Below, piece by piece: positions 26,967 through 35,362 of a stretch of 45,947 bases of DNA. A model generated the notes under the pieces. It made no database searches. It was not told the DNA's origin and was given only the letters and a program-made list of their open reading frames with translations. The stretch is from Vectrevirus NIC06P3: the sequence record OZ035778.1, one strand, 5' to 3'. The translations under genes were made by a program, and so were the position numbers. Within the stretch, counting starts at the first letter, position 1; every line of letters begins with the position of its first letter.

Positions 26967-27966
26967 GCTTCGCAGCTTGTACAAAGACTCCGAGGTACTT
27001 GATGCAATCGAGCAAGCTACCGACGAGAAAGGTAATGTTAATTATAAGGAGATGGCACGGGTGCTATCGTGTCACCCTGTGGGTAAGAAGATTACCCGCC
27101 AGTTGGCTCGATACTGGCATGGTCAATTCAAGAAGACCAAGAAGAATGGTGATTATTACCAGACCCTTCTGCAAGAGGATAAGCGTATCAAAGAAGAGCG
27201 TAGGCTCAGGACTCCTGACCGCTACGAGGATTTGGCTATTGTACCATTGCCTGACTCGCCTCATAGAAGTGTACTGGTAATCCCCGACACCCATGCACCC
27301 TATGAGCATCCAGATACTTTAGAGTTCCTTGCAGCAGTGGCAGCACGTTATCGTCCAGACACAGTGGTACATCTGGGTGACGAGGCAGACAAACATGCCT
27401 TGTCATTCCACGACTCTGACCCCAATCTGGATAGTGCTGGAGTGGAGTTAGAGAAGGCTCGTGTATTCATGCACAAATTGCACAAGATGTTTCCTGTGAT
27501 GCGCCTGTGTCATTCTAACCACGGCTCTATGCACTTCCGCAAGGCAAGCGCTAAGGGCATCCCTGTGCAATATCTACGTACCTATCGTGAGGTCTTCTTC
27601 CCGAATGGAGGTGGCGATCAGTGGGATTGGCAGCATACGCATGTACTTGAGTTGCCGAATGGCGAACAGGTAGCGTTCAAGCATCAACCTGCTGGCGCTG
27701 TCCTAGCAGATGCAGCGCATGAGCGTATGAATCTTGTGTGTGGTCATCTGCATGGTAAGATGTCTGTGGAGTATGCACGTAATACTCATGAGCAGTATTG
27801 GGCTGTGCAGGGTGGCTGTCTGATTGATGAGTCGTCTCGTGCATTTGCCTATGGTCGTGAGTCTAAGTACAAGCCAGCATTAGGCTGTGTGGTTATTCTG
27901 GAGGGTGTACCACACATTGTCCCGATGCAGACCAATAGCGACAATCGCTGGGTTGGTAAGATTTAG
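26959..27966 (+). CDS. calcineurin-like metallophosphoesterase (phosphatase or SbcD/Mre11-like nuclease)
   Basis: IPDTHAPYEH, HLGDEAD, CHSNHGS and GHLHG metallophosphatase motifs; start uncertain (TTG 26959 after RBS GAAGGGGG). Confidence 0.65.
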   Translation: MGKLRSLYKDSEVLDAIEQATDEKGNVNYKEMARVLSCHPVGKKITRQLARYWHGQFKKTKKNGDYYQTLLQEDKRIKEERRLRTPDRYEDLAIVPLPDSPHRSVLVIPDTHAPYEHPDTLEFLAAVAARYRPDTVVHLGDEADKHALSFHDSDPNLDSAGVELEKARVFMHKLHKMFPVMRLCHSNHGSMHFRKASAKGIPVQYLRTYREVFFPNGGGDQWDWQHTHVLELPNGEQVAFKHQPAGAVLADAAHERMNLVCGHLHGKMSVEYARNTHEQYWAVQGGCLIDESSRAFAYGRESKYKPALGCVVILEGVPHIVPMQTNSDNRWVGKI

Positions 27967-27983
27967 TTGACACTATAGAACAA
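27961..27983 (+). promoter_or_regulatory. phage promoter
   Basis: ATTTAGTTGACACTATAGAACAA; followed by a 5' stem-loop AAGGGTA ... TACCCTT (27983-28006). Confidence 0.7.
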
Positions 27984-28033
27984 AGGGTAGGTGCTAGCTT
28001 ACCCTTGATTGTATAGTGAATGGAGGAATTAAT

Positions 28034-28573
28034 ATGTCACACTATGTATGTAAGAAATGCCATAATCGCTATGATAATTGCACCTGTGATTATAGTAAAG
28101 GTGAAAGAATTAAAGCAGGTGATTATGTTATACGACGTGCTGGCTGCCGCACTTTAGAGTGGAATAAGGTATGTAACCAATTAGGAAAGAAAGGGGATGC
28201 AACATTCAAAGTTACAAAGGATGAGCCTGTCAGCAGCGCTATTATGCTTGAAGGTATCGAAAATAGAGAATGGTATGCACCTTATTTCGAGCGAGTAGCT
28301 GCTCCCCAAGTTGTATCTGAGTCCAACATGTTGGAAAACAATATGGTTACTCAGCCTAAGCACTACGAGTTCTTCGAAGGTGTAGAAGCAATCACTATCA
28401 TTGCCCGTAGTATGACCGAGAAGCAATTCGCTGGCTATTGCATGGGTAACGCCTTGAAGTACCGCCTGCGTGCAGGTAAGAAGTTCAACACTGAAGAAGA
28501 CCTGAAGAAAGCAGATTACTACAAAGAGTTATTCCAGAAGCATCGTCACGAATGTATTGATGAGGACATTTGA
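28034..28573 (+). CDS. hypothetical protein with N-terminal Cys cluster (possible zinc ribbon)
   Basis: CKKCH ... CTCDY; RBS GGAGG at 28022-28026; C-terminal region loosely resembles a phage domain of unknown function. Confidence 0.5.
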   Translation: MSHYVCKKCHNRYDNCTCDYSKGERIKAGDYVIRRAGCRTLEWNKVCNQLGKKGDATFKVTKDEPVSSAIMLEGIENREWYAPYFERVAAPQVVSESNMLENNMVTQPKHYEFFEGVEAITIIARSMTEKQFAGYCMGNALKYRLRAGKKFNTEEDLKKADYYKELFQKHRHECIDEDI

Positions 28574-28748
28574 TATGGAAGGTAAATTGTATCGAGGTTA
28601 TTTCGGAAATCTATATAAGGTTAGCAGTAGAGGCTTTGTATTGGCTTCCAATGATGAAGGTGCAACGTGGTATTTAAGTGCTTACGGTTCTAACTTAGCA
28701 TACTTTAAAGATGCAATATACAAAGGTGTTATGAAGGGGGTTGGATGA
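28557..28748 (+). CDS. hypothetical protein
   Basis: 63 aa; start uncertain (28557 or 28575). Confidence 0.3.
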   Translation: MMRTFDMEGKLYRGYFGNLYKVSSRGFVLASNDEGATWYLSAYGSNLAYFKDAIYKGVMKGVG

Positions 28749-29692
28749 ACATCTTCCAATTCTTAGGTCTTCCAGAAGACCACCGCAATCACCCATTCAT
28801 GCTGGTGAAACATCGTGGTGAAGTACCTGAGAAGAAACTAACCTTTCCATGTTATGCACAGGTGAAACGTGATGGAATATTTAGTGCTGTTGTGGTACGT
28901 AATGATGGTGCTGTTGCCATCTTTGGTCGTACTGGTAAGAAGCTCGCAAATGTTGAAGACTTGGAAAAGTTATTTAGTGTATTTCCTGTCGGGTTGTATC
29001 TTGGTGAGTTGCAATCTATGGCTGTTGATATATATCTTGAAGCTCTATCAGGGGTAGTAAATCCCAATCGCACTGAGCCACTTGATTTCATAGGCCAGCA
29101 GATTAAAGACAACCTGTATATCGACTTCTTCGATATGTTAACTATTAAGGCATTCCATGATGGATTCACTGATGTTTCTTATCTCAAACGTTACGATGCT
29201 TTACATCGTCGCATCGGCGCTCATCTTAGCGGGAACAACGCTATCCTCCCTATTACTCCTTGCCATAATGAGCGAGAAGTTGAAGCGTTTGCGCAAGAGC
29301 AAATAGATGCAGGCCGAGAGGGTGCTGTGTTTAAACTTGACGTGGAGTATGAAAGTGGGCACAAGGGCTATCGTCAAACGAAGATCGTTCGTATGGTATC
29401 TTACGACCTCACCTGTATCGGGTGGGAGGAGGGAAAGGGTAAGTATAAAGGTAAAGTAGCTAACCTCATTTTCAAATGGAAAGGGGGCAAGCCTATTAAG
29501 GCTATGCTGGGTCGTGGCTGGTCACATGAGGCTGCAGCCCAAATGTATCACGATATTAAACACGGTGGCGAACTGAACGTCATTGGGAAAATCTTCGCTG
29601 TCAAGGCGTTGCAGGAATCTAGCAAGGGAGTCCTGAGACTTCCCAAGGTTTCTGAGTTGCGCCACGATAAGGAGGTTCCTGATGTCTATTGA
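28745..29692 (+). CDS. ATP-dependent DNA ligase
   Basis: Putative adenylation motif QVKRDGIF (KxDG); size and position fit T7-type ligases. Confidence 0.7.
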   Translation: MNIFQFLGLPEDHRNHPFMLVKHRGEVPEKKLTFPCYAQVKRDGIFSAVVVRNDGAVAIFGRTGKKLANVEDLEKLFSVFPVGLYLGELQSMAVDIYLEALSGVVNPNRTEPLDFIGQQIKDNLYIDFFDMLTIKAFHDGFTDVSYLKRYDALHRRIGAHLSGNNAILPITPCHNEREVEAFAQEQIDAGREGAVFKLDVEYESGHKGYRQTKIVRMVSYDLTCIGWEEGKGKYKGKVANLIFKWKGGKPIKAMLGRGWSHEAAAQMYHDIKHGGELNVIGKIFAVKALQESSKGVLRLPKVSELRHDKEVPDVY

Positions 29693-29807
29693 TTTGAACA
29701 AAGAGCAATTGGAATTGTTAATAGAAGCTATTGAGCAATACTATTACATGTGTGGCTATCAATCAGAAGAACTAGACTCCTTATATTCACAATTAAAAGG
29801 AGGTTAA
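29682..29807 (+). CDS. small hypothetical protein (41 aa)
   Basis: RBS AAGGAGG at 29669-29675; below ORF-track cutoff. Confidence 0.3.
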   Translation: MSIDLNKEQLELLIEAIEQYYYMCGYQSEELDSLYSQLKGG

Positions 29808-29809
29808 TT

Positions 29810-30007
29810 ATGTCTTTTGATAGCATGAAGGCAACTCGTGTCGTTGAGGTAGCAGAAGCCATCTTCGAAACTTTATCCTGCGGCATGGAAGTGCCATATA
29901 CTTTACTGGCTGATGCAGAAGAACTTGGTCTTTCTGTAGAAGCTATCCAAGAGAAGGTTGAAGAACTCTATGGTACAGACGAAGAAGAAACCGACGATTT
30001 CATTTGA
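29810..30007 (+). CDS. hypothetical acidic protein
   Basis: RBS AAAGGAGG; 65 aa. Confidence 0.45.
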   Translation: MSFDSMKATRVVEVAEAIFETLSCGMEVPYTLLADAEELGLSVEAIQEKVEELYGTDEEETDDFI

Positions 30008-30011
30008 GGGG

Positions 30012-30140
30012 ATGGAGATGCTTGAGATGATCCTCAAGCCTTCCTCTCCGAAAGTGACTAAGACTCATGAAGAGTTAATCGTAGATGAAGTGAAGCGTTA
30101 CATTATGGATTGTGTTAGAGCACAACTGGTGGTTCAATGA
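30012..30140 (+). CDS. small hypothetical protein
   Basis: RBS GAGGGGA; 42 aa; overlapping gene arrangement. Confidence 0.3.
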   Translation: MEMLEMILKPSSPKVTKTHEELIVDEVKRYIMDCVRAQLVVQ

Positions 30141-30598
30141 TACGTCCAGCTTCCTTCCTAGATATCCCTGAGATTATAAATCTTGGGAATAAGTATGTGG
30201 AAGAGGAAGTCAAGGTGGTTGCCCACCACTCATCCTCATGGAGTGCAGAACAAAGCGCACATAACCTTTGCGCATCTCTTAGTAGAGAAGATTTATTCCT
30301 ATGGGTGGCTGTAGATGAAGGGCAGATTGTAGGTTTTCTGTGGGCTGGCTATCATGAGTTAGCACCTTGGACACCTGTAAGAGTTGCCTCTGATATTCTC
30401 TTCTACATTGTACCAGAGAGGCGAGGGACACTGCTTGGTATGCGCCTTATCAAAGCATTAAAGCAATGGGCCAGTGAAAGCAAGTGTGCCGAGGTTCGCC
30501 TGTCTATCGCCTCTGGTATTAATGAAGAACGTGTCGGACGTATGTATAAGCGACTTGGCTTTGAACCGTTTGGCACTGTGTATAACCTGAAGTTCTAA
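30137..30598 (+). CDS. GNAT-family N-acetyltransferase (putative)
   Basis: IVGF ... VPERRGTLLGMRLIKAL ... YKRLGFEP resembles the GNAT acetyl-CoA-binding motif A region. Confidence 0.5.
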   Translation: MIRPASFLDIPEIINLGNKYVEEEVKVVAHHSSSWSAEQSAHNLCASLSREDLFLWVAVDEGQIVGFLWAGYHELAPWTPVRVASDILFYIVPERRGTLLGMRLIKALKQWASESKCAEVRLSIASGINEERVGRMYKRLGFEPFGTVYNLKF

Positions 30599-30607
30599 GG
30601 AGATAAC

Positions 30608-30814
30608 ATGGGTGTTGTAAAGAAAGCATTTAAGGCTGTAGGTCTTGCTCAAGATGCACCACGTATTGAAGCTAAAGTACCAGCGCAGCAGCTTGAGCGT
30701 CAACCTGAAACTGAAGCAGAAGATATCCAGATTGGTGCAGGGGATGATGCCACTGCCTCTGCAAAAGGTAAGCGCGGCCTTGTCCGTCCAGTGGCCTCTA
30801 GCCTGAAGGTGTAA
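30608..30814 (+). CDS. small virion protein, T7 gp6.7-like
   Basis: 68 aa; RBS AAGGAG; position immediately before the portal gene; weak composition similarity to gp6.7. Confidence 0.4.
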   Translation: MGVVKKAFKAVGLAQDAPRIEAKVPAQQLERQPETEAEDIQIGAGDDATASAKGKRGLVRPVASSLKV

Positions 30815-30815
30815 T

Positions 30816-32366
30816 ATGAAACAGAGCACAGATTTGGAGTATGGAGGTAAGCGGTCTAAGATACCTAAGCTATGGGAGAAGTTCTCCAATAAACGTAGCT
30901 CTTTCCTTGATAGGGCAAAGCATTACTCCAAATTAACCTTGCCCTATCTGATGAATGACAAAGGTGATAACGAGACTTCGCAGAATGGATGGCAGGGTGT
31001 AGGTGCTCAGGCAACTAATCATCTGGCCAACAAGCTAGCGCAAGTGCTATTCCCTGCGCAGCGTTCCTTCTTCCGTGTAGACTTAACTGCACAAGGTGAG
31101 AAGATTCTTAACCAGCGTGGCCTGAAGAAGACAGAACTAGCTACTATCTTTGCTCAAGTAGAAACACGGGCGATGAAAGAGTTAGAGCAACGTCAATTCC
31201 GTCCTGCTGTAGTAGAAGCATTCAAGCATCTTATTGTTGCTGGTAGCTGTATGCTATACAAGCCGAGTAAGGGTGCAATCAGTGCTATCCCAATGCATCA
31301 CTACGTAGTTAACCGTGACACCAATGGCGACCTGTTAGACATTATCTTACTGCAAGAGAAAGCCTTACGTACATTTGACCCAGCTACACGTGCTGTAGTG
31401 GAGGTAGGCTTGAAAGGTAAGAAGTGCAAGGAAGATGACAGCATTAAGCTGTACACACATGCTAAGTATCGTGGTGATGGCTTTTGGGAACTTAAGCAAT
31501 CTGCTGATGATATTCCTGTAGGTAAGGTGAGTAAAATCAAATCAGAAAAGCTACCTTTCATTCCACTGACTTGGAAGCGAAGCTATGGTGAGGATTGGGG
31601 TCGCCCTCTTGCAGAGGATTACTCCGGTGATTTGTTCGTTATCCAATTCCTATCTGAAGCAGTTGCCCGTGGTGCTGCACTGATGGCAGACATTAAGTAC
31701 CTGATTCGTCCGGGTGCTCAGACTGATGTTGACCACTTTGTTAACTCTGGCACTGGTGAAGTTGTAACTGGTGTAGAAGAAGACATCCATATTGTACAGT
31801 TAGGTAAGTACGCAGACCTCACACCTATTAGCGCGGTCCTAGAGGTGTACACTCGCCGTATTGGTGTTGTCTTCATGATGGAGACAATGACACGCCGTGA
31901 CGCCGAACGTGTTACTGCTGTAGAAATCCAGCGAGATGCGTTAGAGATTGAGCAGAACATGGGTGGTGTATATTCCCTCTTCGCTACTACTATGCAATCG
32001 CCAGTAGCGATGTGGGGTCTGCTGGAGGCAGGAGAGTCCTTCACTAGTGACCTAGTGGACCCTGTGATTATCACAGGTATTGAAGCTTTAGGACGCATGG
32101 CTGAGTTGGATAAACTGGCTAACTTCGCTCAGTATATGTCACTGCCATTACAATGGCCTGAGCCTGTCATAGCTGCCGTGAAGTGGCCTGACTATATGGA
32201 TTGGGTTCGTGGTCAAATCTCTGCTGAACTGCCATTCCTTAAATCGGCTGAAGAGATGGCACAAGAACAGGAAGCACAGATGCAAGCACAGCAAGCACAG
32301 ATGCTTGAAGAAGGTGTGGCTAAGGCTATACCGGGTGTAATTCAACAAGAACTTAAGGAGGCGTAA
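30816..32366 (+). CDS. portal (head-tail connector) protein, T7 gp8-like
   Basis: 516 aa; WQGVGAQATNHLANKLAQVLFP and ERVTAVEIQRDALEIEQNMGGVYS parallel T7 gp8 segments. Confidence 0.9.
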   Translation: MKQSTDLEYGGKRSKIPKLWEKFSNKRSSFLDRAKHYSKLTLPYLMNDKGDNETSQNGWQGVGAQATNHLANKLAQVLFPAQRSFFRVDLTAQGEKILNQRGLKKTELATIFAQVETRAMKELEQRQFRPAVVEAFKHLIVAGSCMLYKPSKGAISAIPMHHYVVNRDTNGDLLDIILLQEKALRTFDPATRAVVEVGLKGKKCKEDDSIKLYTHAKYRGDGFWELKQSADDIPVGKVSKIKSEKLPFIPLTWKRSYGEDWGRPLAEDYSGDLFVIQFLSEAVARGAALMADIKYLIRPGAQTDVDHFVNSGTGEVVTGVEEDIHIVQLGKYADLTPISAVLEVYTRRIGVVFMMETMTRRDAERVTAVEIQRDALEIEQNMGGVYSLFATTMQSPVAMWGLLEAGESFTSDLVDPVIITGIEALGRMAELDKLANFAQYMSLPLQWPEPVIAAVKWPDYMDWVRGQISAELPFLKSAEEMAQEQEAQMQAQQAQMLEEGVAKAIPGVIQQELKEA

Positions 32367-33286
32367 TGTCTTTCTCATTTACTGAACCAACAACCACTCA
32401 CCCTACTACTGAAGGTAGTCCGGTAGAAACCAAGGAGGTAACAACTGATGCTGCTACTACTGATATTCCTGCTGACACTGGCACTGATGTACAAGATGAC
32501 AATGCTAGTGCGCAACCTACTGAAGACACCAGAGGAGAAGATTCTGGACAGCCTTCAGAAGAAGGAGACAATGGCGGAGAGAATGGTGAATCTAAGCCAG
32601 ATGATACCGAAACCGACGCTGAGGAAGTGCAATACTTCTTCGGAGAACATGAAGTAACAGTAGACATCCCACAGGATGTAACTGATAGCCTTAAAGAGAA
32701 AGGTATTGATGCTAAACAGGTTGCCAAGGAACTATATTCCAAAGATGGCAAGTTTGAACTGTCCGATGCAACCAAGCAGAAGCTGTATGATGCTTTTGGT
32801 AAGTTTGCAGTAGATGCATACCTGTCAGGCCTTAAAGCACAGAATGAGGCTTTCTTCCTGAAGGAAGCCAACGCAGCTAAAGAACGGGAAGCAGCTAACA
32901 CTCAGCGATTCTCTGATGTTTCTAAGGAAGTTGGTGGTGAAGAGGGTTGGTCCCGTCTTGAGGCGTGGGCGCTTGAAGCTTTGTCCGATGAGGAACTCAC
33001 AGCCTTCAATGCTGTGATGGAGTCGGGCAACCAGTATCTCCAGCAATACGCTGTGCGCGAACTGGAGAGCCGCCGTAAGGCAGCACAAGGTGATGACAAG
33101 CCAAACCTGATTGAGCCAACTTCACCCGCTGCCGCATCGGAAGACAACGGCCCACTCTCTCGTGAGCAATACATCCGTGAGATGATGACTCTTAGTACCC
33201 GCTTTGGTAAGGATAAGAAGGCGGCAGCCGAATATCAGGCTAAGCTGGATGCTCGCCGCCGTGCGGGTATGGCTCGCGGCCTCTAA
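32366..33286 (+). CDS. scaffolding protein
   Basis: Acidic low-complexity N-terminus, helical C-terminus; between portal and capsid genes. Confidence 0.7.
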   Translation: MSFSFTEPTTTHPTTEGSPVETKEVTTDAATTDIPADTGTDVQDDNASAQPTEDTRGEDSGQPSEEGDNGGENGESKPDDTETDAEEVQYFFGEHEVTVDIPQDVTDSLKEKGIDAKQVAKELYSKDGKFELSDATKQKLYDAFGKFAVDAYLSGLKAQNEAFFLKEANAAKEREAANTQRFSDVSKEVGGEEGWSRLEAWALEALSDEELTAFNAVMESGNQYLQQYAVRELESRRKAAQGDDKPNLIEPTSPAAASEDNGPLSREQYIREMMTLSTRFGKDKKAAAEYQAKLDARRRAGMARGL

Positions 33287-33290
33287 CCAT

Positions 33291-33316
33291 TATTTACTGG
33301 ACACTATAGAAGGGAG
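33291..33316 (+). promoter_or_regulatory. phage promoter (capsid)
   Basis: TATTTACTGGACACTATAGAAGGGAG; followed by 5' stem-loop AGGGAGA-AATA-TCTCCCT. Confidence 0.8.
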
Positions 33317-33364
33317 AAATATCTCCCTAAATTATCAATTTGATTTATAAGGAGATCATAATAC

Positions 33365-34570
33365 ATGTCTACACCGAATACTCTGACTAACGTTGCTGTA
33401 TCCGCATCCGGTGAGGTTGACAGCCTTCTCATTGAGAAGTTTAACGGTAAGGTTAATGAGCAGTACCTGAAAGGTGAGAACATTCTTTCCTATTTTGATG
33501 TACAGACCGTAACGGGTACAAACACGGTTAGCAATAAATACTTAGGTGAGACTGAATTGCAGGTGTTAGCACCGGGTCAGTCTCCTAATGCTACACCAAC
33601 TCAGGCAGATAAAAACCAGTTGGTAATTGATACTACGGTTATTGCCCGTAACACTGTAGCTCATATCCATGATGTGCAGGGTGACATTGATAGCCTGAAA
33701 CCTAAGCTGGCTATGAACCAAGCCAAACAACTGAAGCGACTGGAAGACCAGATGGCAATCCAGCAGATGCTGTTAGGCGGTATCGCTAATACCAAAGCCA
33801 AACGCACTAAGCCGCGTGTTAAAGGTCACGGTTTCTCTATCAACGTTAACATCACCGAGAGTGAAGCACTTTCTAACCCTCAGTATGTTATGGCAGCAGT
33901 GGAGTACGCTCTGGAACAACAGCTTGAGCAGGAAGTAGACATCTCTGATGTAGCTGTCCTGATGCCGTGGAAGTTCTTCAATGCTCTGCGTGATGCAGAC
34001 CGTATTGTAGATAAGACTTACACCATTAGCCAGTCAGGCAGCACGGTACAAGGTTTTGTATTGTCTTCTTACAATTGCCCTGTTATCCCGTCTAACCGAT
34101 TCCCGACTTTTGCACAGAATGCACCTCACCACCTGTTATCTAACGCAGATAACGGATACCGCTATGACCCGACAGCAGAAATGAATGGTGCAGTTGCTGT
34201 ACTGTTTACAGCGGATGCCCTGCTCGTGGGTCGTACCATTGATGTAACTGGTGATATCTTCTATGAGAAGAAAGAGAAGACCTACTACATCGACACCTTC
34301 ATGGCAGAAGGTGCAATCCCTGACCGTTGGGAGGCTGTGTCTGTAGTTACAACCAAACGCAACACCACCACTGGTGATGTGGATGTAGGTGCAGGCACTG
34401 ACCACGCTACTGTCCTGTCTCGTGCACAGCGTAAGGCGGTGTATGTCAAGAGCGCTAGCCCGGCAGGTGCTGCCGCTGCTGCTAGCCTGCAAGCGGAAGA
34501 CTTGGTTGCTGCTGTACGTGCTGTAATGGCAAATGACATTAAGCCGACTGCAATGAAACCTGCTGAGTAA
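33365..34570 (+). CDS. major capsid protein
   Basis: 401 aa; strong RBS; own promoter and downstream terminator; position between scaffold and tail tube genes. Confidence 0.85.
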   Translation: MSTPNTLTNVAVSASGEVDSLLIEKFNGKVNEQYLKGENILSYFDVQTVTGTNTVSNKYLGETELQVLAPGQSPNATPTQADKNQLVIDTTVIARNTVAHIHDVQGDIDSLKPKLAMNQAKQLKRLEDQMAIQQMLLGGIANTKAKRTKPRVKGHGFSINVNITESEALSNPQYVMAAVEYALEQQLEQEVDISDVAVLMPWKFFNALRDADRIVDKTYTISQSGSTVQGFVLSSYNCPVIPSNRFPTFAQNAPHHLLSNADNGYRYDPTAEMNGAVAVLFTADALLVGRTIDVTGDIFYEKKEKTYYIDTFMAEGAIPDRWEAVSVVTTKRNTTTGDVDVGAGTDHATVLSRAQRKAVYVKSASPAGAAAAASLQAEDLVAAVRAVMANDIKPTAMKPAE

Positions 34571-34577
34571 TACCTAT

Positions 34578-34612
34578 GCCCTATCTACCTTGCGTAGGTA
34601 GGGTTCTTTTTG
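34578..34612 (+). terminator. intrinsic terminator after the capsid gene
   Basis: CCCTATCTAC / GTAGGTAGGG stem with one G-U pair, then TTCTTTTT. Confidence 0.6.
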
Positions 34613-34624
34613 TTAGGAGGATTC

Positions 34625-35362
34625 ATGCCTGTAATTAGACAAACAAGTAAAGTAGGCAACCTGATGGAAGGTGTTGCCTTCCAGATTATTGATAGTAAAC
34701 TTGAAGCGGTCAACTTATGTATGCGAGCTATTGGTCGTGAGGGTGTGGATTCTCTCGACTCAGGGGATCTCGATGCAGAAGATGCAAGCAAGATGATTGA
34801 TATCGTGTCCCAGCGATTCCAGTACAATAAGGGTGGTGGTTGGTGGTTCAACCGCGAACCTAACTGGCAACTTGCACCAGACACCAACGGTGAGGTTAAC
34901 CTCCCTAATAACTGCCTTGCTGTATTGCAATGTTATGCTTTAGGTGAGAAGAAAGTACCCATGACTATGCGTGCAGGTAAATTGTACTCTACTTGGAGTC
35001 ACACCTTTGATATGCGCAAGCATGTTAATGCAAATGGTATGCTGCGACTTACCTTACTTACACTACTCCCTTATGAGCACCTCCCTACAAGTGTAATGCA
35101 AGCAATTGCATATCAAGCTGCGGCAGAGTTTATTGTATCTAAGGATGCAGACAAAACTAAACTGACTACAGCACAGCAGATTGCGACCCAGCTTCTTATG
35201 GATGTGCAGTCTGAACAAATGTCGCAGAAGAGGTTGAACATGCTAGTACATAACCCGACGCAGCGACAGTTTGGCATCATGGCTGGTGGCTCTCAGAATG
35301 TACCTGCTTACTCTCATTCACCTTATGATAGTTGGGCGCTCCGTCCGTGGGAGGACCGTTAA
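34625..35362 (+). CDS. tail tubular protein A (T7 gp11-like)
   Basis: RBS AGGAGG; size and gene order; stop overlaps next start (TAATG). Confidence 0.8.
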   Translation: MPVIRQTSKVGNLMEGVAFQIIDSKLEAVNLCMRAIGREGVDSLDSGDLDAEDASKMIDIVSQRFQYNKGGGWWFNREPNWQLAPDTNGEVNLPNNCLAVLQCYALGEKKVPMTMRAGKLYSTWSHTFDMRKHVNANGMLRLTLLTLLPYEHLPTSVMQAIAYQAAAEFIVSKDADKTKLTTAQQIATQLLMDVQSEQMSQKRLNMLVHNPTQRQFGIMAGGSQNVPAYSHSPYDSWALRPWEDR

